Below are positions 34,782-42,822 of a stretch of 54,777 bases of DNA, piece after piece. The position numbers and the translations under genes were made by a program. The notes beneath the pieces are model-generated. The model worked only from the letters and a program-made list of their open reading frames with translations. It ran no database searches and was not told the DNA's origin. The DNA comes from a virus (taxonomy: Duplodnaviria > Caudoviricetes). Location: IMG/VR virus record IMGVR_UViG_3300031688_000022, positions 1 through 54,777 of that record. One strand, 5' to 3'. Position 1 is the first letter of the stretch, and every line of letters begins with the position of its first letter.

Positions 34782-35754
34782 GGTTTATGTCCTCTTCAAG
34801 AAAATTATAGGACATGTTTCGTCCTGTTTTGTTGTTGTCTAATTCTGTTTTATGCCATAGGTTGAATGATATACTGATACGTTCATATCCTGTCTCTCTA
34901 CCACCAGTTATGGCAGGTACGGCATGTTGTAGGTAAGATGGCCATAACAAGAACTCCCCTGTCTCGGGATATACACTCATTTCTGACTCAATTCCGTTAG
35001 TACCCATGAATTCGATTCTGTCCATACCTTCCCTAGTAACAGGACGATCAACTTGTTGTTGACCCGACAATGCCATTGCTGAAGGTGATGTGAACTTGAT
35101 TGGTTGTGACCCTTCACCTGCCTTGACATAATATGTTCCACTCATTTTACAATTAGTGTGATTATGTGTCTCGTGGGCATGGTTACCAGTGTAAACATTA
35201 ACCCATGCAAATAGGTGTAGGTCATTCCTTGATAGGTGACTTACTGGTATATTCAACATGTTCTGTATGTACGAGATATAGGTGTCTTTGCATATGTCTG
35301 AGAAGTCCTTGAACCAATCTAGTCCATGGGTCTCTTCACGAATGTCTTCATCGAAATAGGTAGTGTAATTTCTTGCTCTATCTTCCCCTGCACGTTCTTT
35401 GACCTTACGCACTAGTAGTCTACAATCAACTGCAATCTCGTCATGAGGTAACTCCATATGACCCCTTAAAAAAGGTGTTGCAAATACTGGTATGATCTCT
35501 CCATCTGCTGGTCGGAATGGTAATTTCGGTTCTACATAGGAATCAACTAAAGGTTCTGTCCATCTAGTATGTTGGATAGGTTGTTCGTACTCTTCTATTG
35601 CAAGTGTATGAGAATCAGCATTCCATTCTTGATCAGGCATACTGACTGTATCACTTCTTTTACTTGCTCCAAGTGGGTCTAATAGAACCCTCTCTCTTCT
35701 TGAAAGTTCTACCTTTGGTTCTTCCTTTGTGGGTGGTGCCGACTTAGGTCTCAC
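34771..35754 (-). CDS. 2OG-Fe(II) oxygenase (TIGR02466-like)
   Basis: AWVN, HETHNH, SGTYY, WPSYLQHAV, RISISFN. Confidence 0.88.
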   Translation of the reverse strand: MRPKSAPPTKEEPKVELSRRERVLLDPLGASKRSDTVSMPDQEWNADSHTLAIEEYEQPIQHTRWTEPLVDSYVEPKLPFRPADGEIIPVFATPFLRGHMELPHDEIAVDCRLLVRKVKERAGEDRARNYTTYFDEDIREETHGLDWFKDFSDICKDTYISYIQNMLNIPVSHLSRNDLHLFAWVNVYTGNHAHETHNHTNCKMSGTYYVKAGEGSQPIKFTSPSAMALSGQQQVDRPVTREGMDRIEFMGTNGIESEMSVYPETGEFLLWPSYLQHAVPAITGGRETGYERISISFNLWHKTELDNNKTGRNMSYNFLEEDINHDR

Positions 35755-35921
35755 AACTCGTCCTCATTTTGAATGAAGTAAAAGAGGAATGCGATAGTGG
35801 CTGCAACTGCAACAGTTGGTGTGTCCAGTGCATATATGAATGACCCTATAAAGTCCCATCCTGTTAACACGGATATTGCTATACATAGTCCAAATAATCC
35901 TGCAAGTAGTTTCCAAATCAT
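35751..35921 (-). CDS. Small two-TM membrane protein (56 aa, not in track)
   Basis: MIWKLLAGLFGLCIAISVLTGW..VAVAATIAFLFYF; 4-nt overlaps at both ends. Confidence 0.55.
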   Translation of the reverse strand: MIWKLLAGLFGLCIAISVLTGWDFIGSFIYALDTPTVAVAATIAFLFYFIQNEDEL

Positions 35922-36400
35922 TTCTTCCTAACCTCTGCAGCGATTGCTGGTTCGTCTTTAATGGTTACATTTCTGTAATATACAATGACCTCACCGACCT
36001 GTTGAATGTATCGTCTGAGTTCTTGGTTGTTCTGAATCATCACCTTGTAGTCACCCACAGTTGTTGCAACAAATACGATGTCACCACTGTTCTGTCTCTT
36101 CATCTCATCGATGAATCGATCTAGGTAGGTATAGCCTGGTGGCCATTCGGGATTCTCCCTCTCTGATAGTTCACATGCCTTTGGTCTTTTGTCTTCTACC
36201 TTCTTACAATTGTTTGCAATTCGAGCTTCGGATACGACAAACCATTTAGGTGCTGTCAAGTCCAAGGGTCTTGGTAATGTAGGTTGGATGATTTCGATTT
36301 CGACAGGCTTACTGACTATCTCAATCGTCTTCGAGTTAAATAACGAGCAACTACTGACCGTTAGTGCTAGTGTCAAGATCGCTAATGTTCTTAGTGTCAT
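35918..36400 (-). CDS. Outer-membrane lipoprotein, o-spanin-like
   Basis: Lipobox VSSC, Pro-rich N-terminal region, overlaps upstream i-spanin-like gene. Confidence 0.65.
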   Translation of the reverse strand: MTLRTLAILTLALTVSSCSLFNSKTIEIVSKPVEIEIIQPTLPRPLDLTAPKWFVVSEARIANNCKKVEDKRPKACELSERENPEWPPGYTYLDRFIDEMKRQNSGDIVFVATTVGDYKVMIQNNQELRRYIQQVGEVIVYYRNVTIKDEPAIAAEVRKK

Positions 36401-36734
36401 TTTCTATTCCCTCCAATACGTCAACAGTTCCTTTGTTGAATCTAAGTTCCATGAGGCCTGGTTTCATTTGTGCCAGTCTCTCAAAATTATGTTTGGATAG
36501 AATTTCTAAGTACTTAGACTTCTCTGCTTCTATCGCATTGTTCCTTCGAGTCATGTTCTGAAGAGATTGAGTCTGAACTGCAAAACTCTCCTGTACCACT
36601 CTAAGTGTTTCTTTCTGTTCTTCAACTGCACCTTCCAGTACAATGTTATTCCCAGCAAGTATTTGGTTCTCAGTATAGAGGTAGTAACTACCCAATCCGA
36701 GAACAAGTATGATTCCAATCAATAACTGATTCAT
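36351..36734 (-). CDS. i-spanin-like inner membrane protein
   Basis: N-terminal TM, coiled coil, KPGLMELRFN motif. Confidence 0.65.
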   Translation of the reverse strand: MNQLLIGIILVLGLGSYYLYTENQILAGNNIVLEGAVEEQKETLRVVQESFAVQTQSLQNMTRRNNAIEAEKSKYLEILSKHNFERLAQMKPGLMELRFNKGTVDVLEGIENDTKNISDLDTSTNGQ

Positions 36735-36735
36735 T

Positions 36736-37011
36736 CTATATCTCCTCTATTTTATAGTCTAGTCCGCCTGATGATCGAATCTCAATCATCTTCTTGGTCT
36801 CCCAATCTCTAAACTTTAAATGTTTTTCTTTTTGTATAATAAGTTTACGTGCAGTGTAAACGGACTTATACATTTGTCCACCCACAGTGCTTGATTCCCT
36901 ATACACGGTTATTTGGTATTCTCCTACGAAGAGGTTGTGTATCCACCCTGCAAATCGTTTGCAGACACCCCATAGACCTTTACCGAAATTCTTTCTACGC
37001 ATTGTAGTCAC
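36736..37011 (-). CDS. Hypothetical protein
   Basis: 91 aa coupled ORF. Confidence 0.6.
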   Translation of the reverse strand: MTTMRRKNFGKGLWGVCKRFAGWIHNLFVGEYQITVYRESSTVGGQMYKSVYTARKLIIQKEKHLKFRDWETKKMIEIRSSGGLDYKIEEI

Positions 37012-37597
37012 TCCATCCTGTCAATATTATTTTCTCTCCACTCAATGGTGGATTTCCCCTATGGACGTGTGTAAAGTGCGCAGGCCACACAAGTAACGTC
37101 CCTTTTGTTGGTTTGAATCTGCATCGTTGGTGAAGGAACTCTGTCTCCCCACCTTCTTCTACATCATTCATATACAACATCCATGCAAGAACACGATGTT
37201 TATTCACATGTGAGTCTTGTTCATAATGCCATATATGATACCCTTCACCCTGCAATGTCTTTTGTATCTTTCCGTCCACTGATAACAAATCGATATCGTT
37301 ACGCATACCATATGCTTTCTTATACATCGGTATAATTTCATCGTTTAGTATATTAAAAAACTCGTTTTGTGCGTCTGCCCGAACAATATCCTTTAGTCCA
37401 TGGGATATTCGTGCAAGTGAAACGGATTCGTCTGATTTTTCTAGGACATCATGAGATAGGTCGTAGTCCTCTCTTCGTGAGGTGTGACCAAGTGACGAGT
37501 AATATTCGAATGTATCCGTAATATCCTGCATCATATTTTCATCTATTGCATCGTGAAACACACCTATGTGATCACTCCGCTTTTCAAACTCTGCCAT
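36995..37597 (-). CDS. 2OG-Fe(II) oxygenase (prolyl 4-hydroxylase-like)
   Basis: GYHIWHYE, RVLAWMLYMNDVEEGGETEF, WPAHFTHVHRGNPP, KIILTGW. Confidence 0.9.
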   Translation of the reverse strand: MAEFEKRSDHIGVFHDAIDENMMQDITDTFEYYSSLGHTSRREDYDLSHDVLEKSDESVSLARISHGLKDIVRADAQNEFFNILNDEIIPMYKKAYGMRNDIDLLSVDGKIQKTLQGEGYHIWHYEQDSHVNKHRVLAWMLYMNDVEEGGETEFLHQRCRFKPTKGTLLVWPAHFTHVHRGNPPLSGEKIILTGWSDYNA

Positions 37598-37661
37598 AAT
37601 TATACCTATATGCAACAATACAGGGACATCTTCCCTGTATTATTATTTAGTGTGTTTTAAC

Positions 37662-38186
37662 TTAACTGTTTCTTAAAGCCTTTAACTGGTTGATTGTATC
37701 TTCTGCACTTACGTGTAGGATACCTATTCCACCATGTTTAACCCATGAATCAAGGTTCTTCTGTCTGTCGTCAATGAGGATACTTCCTTCCATTGCAAAC
37801 ATACCTTTCTGACTACCTGTCATGGTGCAAGTGACAACAACTGTTGGACTTACATATTCTTTAATCCACTCTTGTTTGTCCCAAACTACTAATTCTCTGT
37901 TGACGACACCAGCTGCAGTGAGTATTTCCCACGGTAGGTTAGTGTGTCTAATGTAACCAACTAAGTCCCACATATCGGGCATAGGTGGTAGACTTCTGAA
38001 TAATCTCTTGTTCGTTAACTCTTCTTTTCTCTCATCATAATCATTATGACCTTGGTCTGTATTAGGGAATGCTGTTCCTGTTAAGGTCTCCACTCCAGTA
38101 TTGAAATCTGCCAATACTCCGTCCATGTCTACAAATATTCTTTTCACATTTTCTCCTTTGTTTATCTCTCTCTTTCTCTCACTCAT
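37662..38186 (-). CDS. HAD-family 5'(3')-deoxyribonucleotidase
   Basis: FVDMDGVLADF, ILTA, LIDD, GGIGILH. Confidence 0.88.
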   Translation of the reverse strand: MSERKREINKGENVKRIFVDMDGVLADFNTGVETLTGTAFPNTDQGHNDYDERKEELTNKRLFRSLPPMPDMWDLVGYIRHTNLPWEILTAAGVVNRELVVWDKQEWIKEYVSPTVVVTCTMTGSQKGMFAMEGSILIDDRQKNLDSWVKHGGIGILHVSAEDTINQLKALRNS

Positions 38187-38192
38187 GATACT

Positions 38193-38222
38193 ATTATAAC
38201 ACTAATGGGGCGTCACTGTCAA
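38193..38222 (-). promoter_or_regulatory. sigma70-type promoter (18-bp spacer class)
   Basis: TTGACA-N18-TATAAT. Confidence 0.8.
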
Positions 38223-38230
38223 GTCTTTTC

Positions 38231-39760
38231 TCAAAGATTTGACGAACACTCGTTGAATGCTTCTACTCCTGTAAAGGTCTGTAGTACCACTGAATAGTTA
38301 GAGAAATCTCTCTGTTCACACTCTTCTTGAATTGAATTTGAATGGGGGTTGTACCTGTATCTCCACTGACCATTAGAGGAACTTCCACTCTCTACTATTA
38401 GTACATCTTCGGTATAAAGTAGGTAAAGATTGCCATCAACCCCTGTCATGGTTTTGTCTAACGCGGTGATGTCGGTGTATATCTGTTGTAGATCAGCAGG
38501 GTATCTTGTTGACATGATCAATGGTAAATCTATGTTGAAATATGGGTTGGATACGTTCCTCATTTGCAGTTCAAATCCCTCATATGAGGTTACTGTCTTC
38601 TCAATCCTTTTGACATTTCTTGCACTCTCATCGACTGAGTACTCTAATATAGCACCATCACTATCGGGTAGAAACCTAACAAATGTCTTGTTCCAACTGA
38701 CCCCAGCAACATCTTTGACCTCTTCGATAGAGATGTGAATCTTATGATTGTTGACGATAGATGTGGCATTACCCCATTCTTCATAGTTCTCTGATATCTG
38801 CACTCTAGAGTTGTCCTCTAGGTTCTGTAATGTGATTGATATAGGTAGACTATTTGAATCTAGTAACTGACCTAGTGAATTGCCTCTGAGACCATAAAAA
38901 TGGTGTTGTCTATTATATCGGAAGTGATCATCTTCTACTGTCGAGGTCGTCTCGTTTTGTATATCGAATGTAACGTCTGAAAAGGTATCGTTGTTTAGTA
39001 TTAATGCTATCACATTGTCTTGAAGCATTCCTCGGAATCCCATGTTATAGGTTTCTTTGAGTACCCCTTCGATGTCGTGAAGTGTACCAAGAAAATCAAC
39101 GATCTTCTCACCGATTGCTTGTTGGGTAATGTCATTGGATGCAATGAAATCATCATAGAAATACATCCTATTGATGTCAAAGTTTTGTTCTAGATTATAT
39201 AAGAATGTATTGACTTCAGCTTTGATATCTGAACCCAGTTGATTTGCAATTGTACCACACCCATCTGCAACATTGATATTCGATGTTAATTTATCATTGA
39301 TAGACGATGTCAACATCGTGGTGAATGGGGTTACGTTGGCCTTGGATGCACTGTTCTCATGAGGAAAATACATCATGGTATATGCAGTGTTTACATATCC
39401 TCGGGTTGAGTCAATTGCACCTACTGGTACTTCTGCAACTCTAGGACGATTCATTCCACAAGTCTCGGTGAAACCTGTGATTGCACTAAATCCTGCTGAA
39501 TCAAATTCGTATTCATATGTACTTGAATTGAAGACTCCCGAAGGTTCTCCTGCATCTTGTATCAAATTGAAGTTGAAATCAACGAAGACGTTTGCACCCT
39601 CTACATATCCATCAATGACCAATGTCTTAAACATCGGTGATGTACTAGTAGATACGGGGCTTGGTAATTGTAATTGTGCTAGTTCGGGAGCAATCTCATT
39701 GCCTCCACCACCACACGCGACTAAACCAGTAAGTACTGGAACTATTAGTAAGTTTTTCAT
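38231..39760 (-). CDS. Large lipoprotein
   Basis: Lipobox LVAC-GGGG, IDGYVEGANVFVDFNFN, NVTPFTT; GAGGTG SD. Confidence 0.85.
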   Translation of the reverse strand: MKNLLIVPVLTGLVACGGGGNEIAPELAQLQLPSPVSTSTSPMFKTLVIDGYVEGANVFVDFNFNLIQDAGEPSGVFNSSTYEYEFDSAGFSAITGFTETCGMNRPRVAEVPVGAIDSTRGYVNTAYTMMYFPHENSASKANVTPFTTMLTSSINDKLTSNINVADGCGTIANQLGSDIKAEVNTFLYNLEQNFDINRMYFYDDFIASNDITQQAIGEKIVDFLGTLHDIEGVLKETYNMGFRGMLQDNVIALILNNDTFSDVTFDIQNETTSTVEDDHFRYNRQHHFYGLRGNSLGQLLDSNSLPISITLQNLEDNSRVQISENYEEWGNATSIVNNHKIHISIEEVKDVAGVSWNKTFVRFLPDSDGAILEYSVDESARNVKRIEKTVTSYEGFELQMRNVSNPYFNIDLPLIMSTRYPADLQQIYTDITALDKTMTGVDGNLYLLYTEDVLIVESGSSSNGQWRYRYNPHSNSIQEECEQRDFSNYSVVLQTFTGVEAFNECSSNL

Positions 39761-39784
39761 TTAACACCTCTCATGTATACATCT

Positions 39785-39813
39785 ATTATACACTCTTTAG
39801 AGGGGTTTGTCTA
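39785..39813 (-). promoter_or_regulatory. sigma70-type promoter (TAGACA class)
   Basis: TAGACA-N17-TATAAT. Confidence 0.7.
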
Positions 39814-39820
39814 GGGGGTT

Positions 39821-40126
39821 TTACTCGTTGAGTCGGTATGCAAGGGCCTCTGCTTCGACCTCATCAATGGGTTGGTGCATTATCACTTGTCGGACATGTA
39901 CCATTTCATGAGCCAAGGTTATGTACCTTTCGTCATCAAACTTAACAAACATCTCCATATAGATATTGATGTTTGCCTTATGGGGGTAGTCAAGGAATCC
40001 CTGTCGTTTATCGGGATGGGGTAGTCGGAATATGTTTAGTATAACCTTTGAGTCTTGGATGTCCAGTAGGTTTGCAAACTCTACTGCTCTATCTCTCATT
40101 TTCTCATTGTTACATAAGATATTCAT
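39821..40126 (-). CDS. Small zincin-like metallopeptidase
   Basis: TLAHEMVHVRQ (HExxH) and downstream EVEA. Confidence 0.7.
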   Translation of the reverse strand: MNILCNNEKMRDRAVEFANLLDIQDSKVILNIFRLPHPDKRQGFLDYPHKANINIYMEMFVKFDDERYITLAHEMVHVRQVIMHQPIDEVEAEALAYRLNE

Positions 40127-40132
40127 GGGTGG

Positions 40133-40285
40133 TTAATCCTCGTATTCCTCAAGCTCTTCCATGTTATCCTCATCGACATCTGTTCCACAAAATGGACATA
40201 CATCAATAGAATACTGATATGAATCCATCTCGTGTATGATATCACACTCCGATTTACATGATTCACAAAATAATTTAAATTTCAT
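40133..40285 (-). CDS. Small zinc-ribbon protein (50 aa, not in track)
   Basis: CESC..CPFCG, acidic tail; AGGAG SD. Confidence 0.65.
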   Translation of the reverse strand: MKFKLFCESCKSECDIIHEMDSYQYSIDVCPFCGTDVDEDNMEELEEYED

Positions 40286-40523
40286 CTTGGACTTTATCTC
40301 CTATTATATCTTTCCAAAGGTTCTCATATGATTTAGGCTTACCATCAATTGTTGCATATGGAAGTTTTCTTCCTTCAGTCTCTTCAAGTGTAAAATCCAA
40401 ATGCAGTTCCTTAAACCTAACCTCGTTCAATTGGATATTTAGACTCAATAGCATATGCCTGATTCTATCATCCTCTATCGTCTGTTCGATTTCCTTGTTT
40501 AAGTATGCAATGTACTCACTCAT
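40275..40523 (-). CDS. Hypothetical protein, possibly a degenerate glutaredoxin fold
   Basis: DFTLEE..RKLPYATIDG parallels the adjacent glutaredoxin but has no CxxC. Confidence 0.55.
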   Translation of the reverse strand: MSEYIAYLNKEIEQTIEDDRIRHMLLSLNIQLNEVRFKELHLDFTLEETEGRKLPYATIDGKPKSYENLWKDIIGDKVQDEI

Positions 40524-40744
40524 CTTTCAAATACCCACGTTTCCAATTCTGTAAATCCACCAATGATCTCTCCGTCCATACGGATTTGGGGGAATGTTCT
40601 AGCAGTAGGGAATGACTCCATTAACTCTTCACGAGTAAAGTCTTCACCTAGTTGTTTATATGTATACGAAAGACCTTCTCTCGTACATAGTGCCTTTGCT
40701 TTATCACAAAAAGGACACTGAGGTTTACCAAATATTTCAATCAT
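40520..40744 (-). CDS. nrdC: Glutaredoxin
   Basis: CPFC, RTFPQI, IGGFTEL; next to nrdB. Confidence 0.92.
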   Translation of the reverse strand: MIEIFGKPQCPFCDKAKALCTREGLSYTYKQLGEDFTREELMESFPTARTFPQIRMDGEIIGGFTELETWVFER

Positions 40745-41838
40745 AATTCAAAGTCCGAAAAGGTGTTGTCATCAACATCCTGTTTAATGCCACCAATAAG
40801 ATACGATTCAATCTCGGTCTCTTGGGGTGCGTTTTGTAATCCTCTACTATTAAACCAATGGTTCGTCCATGGTAGAGGGTTGTTAGTTGAAGAGATATCG
40901 AATATCGGTTGCATACCAATTGCACGTAACCTTTTATTGGCAATATACTCCACATAGTTTCCAAGTAGTCCTACCGACAATCCGATCATCGACCCATGTT
41001 TGAATAGGAACTCTGCCCACTCCTTCTCTGAGTCAACTGCATCTTGATACATCTGATACACTTCTTGTTCACAATCTTTCATCACCTTATTCATGACACT
41101 ATTGTTCTCATGTTTTTGATAACACTTAAGTATGTGTTGTGTGATTGCTAGATGTTGTGATTCATCCCTTGCAATCAGTGATATGATCTTTGCACTACCT
41201 TCCATCATCTTCAGTTCTCCGAATCCGAATGAACATGCGAATGATACGAAGAATCTAATCCCTTCTAGGATGTTGACACTTATTAATGCAAGATATAATG
41301 CCTTATATAAGTCGTAATCTTTAATGTCCTGACCTATCAACTTTCGTCTACCTAGATCAATGAACTCATCATACTTTTGTGTTACTGCTTCTGCACGAGC
41401 AACGATCGCTGGTTCGTCCAGTATGGTGTCAAAGATTTCACTTGGGTCACTATAGATATTCTTGATTATGTGAGTGTAACTTCTTGAATGTATTGTCTCC
41501 ATGAAATCCCATGTAATGATACATGATTCCAATTCGGGTATTGTAACGAATGGTAGGAATGCAATTGCGGGAGCTCTACCTTGAACACTATCGAGTAGTG
41601 TTTGGTATCTAAGGTTAGAGGTGAAGATGTGTTTCTGTGCCTCGTTCAATCGGGCATAGTCTGCTCTATCTTTCTGTAAGGATACCTCTTCGGGTCTCCA
41701 AAAGAATGACAACTGAGTCTGAGTCAACTTATCAAATACTGGGTACTTGAATGTATCAAATCTTTGTGTGTTCAATTCCTCTCCAAAGAACATCTTCTCT
41801 TTGGTGAAATCTATATTTTTCTTGTTAAAAACTGTCAT
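40741..41838 (-). CDS. nrdB: Class Ia ribonucleotide reductase beta subunit
   Basis: FFWRPEEV, LDSVQGR, ETIHSRSY, LEGIRFFVSF, RDESQH, APQETEIESY. Confidence 0.98.
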   Translation of the reverse strand: MTVFNKKNIDFTKEKMFFGEELNTQRFDTFKYPVFDKLTQTQLSFFWRPEEVSLQKDRADYARLNEAQKHIFTSNLRYQTLLDSVQGRAPAIAFLPFVTIPELESCIITWDFMETIHSRSYTHIIKNIYSDPSEIFDTILDEPAIVARAEAVTQKYDEFIDLGRRKLIGQDIKDYDLYKALYLALISVNILEGIRFFVSFACSFGFGELKMMEGSAKIISLIARDESQHLAITQHILKCYQKHENNSVMNKVMKDCEQEVYQMYQDAVDSEKEWAEFLFKHGSMIGLSVGLLGNYVEYIANKRLRAIGMQPIFDISSTNNPLPWTNHWFNSRGLQNAPQETEIESYLIGGIKQDVDDNTFSDFEL

Positions 41839-42822
41839 CTATGTTTTTCTCGTTGATGGTGGGGCTAGTGTTAAGTGTTTGTAATTGTTTACGCAATCGG
41901 ATGGTGTAAATCCATCTATCAAATGTCTGTTGTCCCAACTCTCCATAGCCTTGTTATATTCGGGTCTCACACGATCTGTATCTTTTTCCTCTGAGTGATA
42001 TATATCATTATACCCATCGTAACAGTAAACAGGTGCTTTACGAGCATCTGCACCTCGTTTTCCTTCCATTGTTCCGTGAGGCATGTTCTGTAAACTCCCT
42101 GCAATGTTCACAAAGTGAAGGAACATGTGATAACTGTTTTTACCTAGGAATTTGTCTCTGTAGTGAACTGCATTAGGGCCCTGATATAATAACACATCAC
42201 CCACTTCAAGTGAGATACAAGATGCATCACGTTTACGTGATGGAATTGCTTGTGTTAAATTATAAAGGTCTTCGTTAGAACCATCCCAGTCAACCCAGTT
42301 TCGTGAGTTGTCTACCCAAATCTTCCAAGGTTTCCCATCGTCTGATTCATATCCTAAACATATTGTCGTAGATATTTCACAAGATGGTCTGTCGTGATGT
42401 GCTTTGAGGTATGCACCTCTGTCGTATTTCCTAGTGTATGCATAGGTGGGACAAAGTTTGATGTCCAATACGTCATCTAATGCATTATGCATCCAAGCAT
42501 GTAATCCAACTGAAGGTGGAAATTGGTAACATCCATTGGATTTAAATAACGAATCTTTAGGGGAATCTTGAATGATGTCCTCTTCCCTTGCAAAGAATGA
42601 TTCATTCCACCTATCATTCCTCTCAATAGTCTTCCATGTGTCCAGTGTCATCTTAATGATGTCTTTGGGTATGAAGTTCCTAAGAATCACGTATCCATTT
42701 TGCATGAATTCCCATGTCATCTCATTCGTATAACCCTGAACCTTTATTTCATCGGGGTCTATTGCAGATAACTTTACGTTCTTTTTATCATATTGCACAG
42801 GCATCGCAGTCTTCCCCATCAT
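41839..42822 (-). CDS. 2OG-Fe(II) oxygenase-like protein
   Basis: PTYAYTRKY, HHDRPSCEISTT, GDVLLYQG..HYR, FLHFV. Confidence 0.85.
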   Translation of the reverse strand: MMGKTAMPVQYDKKNVKLSAIDPDEIKVQGYTNEMTWEFMQNGYVILRNFIPKDIIKMTLDTWKTIERNDRWNESFFAREEDIIQDSPKDSLFKSNGCYQFPPSVGLHAWMHNALDDVLDIKLCPTYAYTRKYDRGAYLKAHHDRPSCEISTTICLGYESDDGKPWKIWVDNSRNWVDWDGSNEDLYNLTQAIPSRKRDASCISLEVGDVLLYQGPNAVHYRDKFLGKNSYHMFLHFVNIAGSLQNMPHGTMEGKRGADARKAPVYCYDGYNDIYHSEEKDTDRVRPEYNKAMESWDNRHLIDGFTPSDCVNNYKHLTLAPPSTRKT

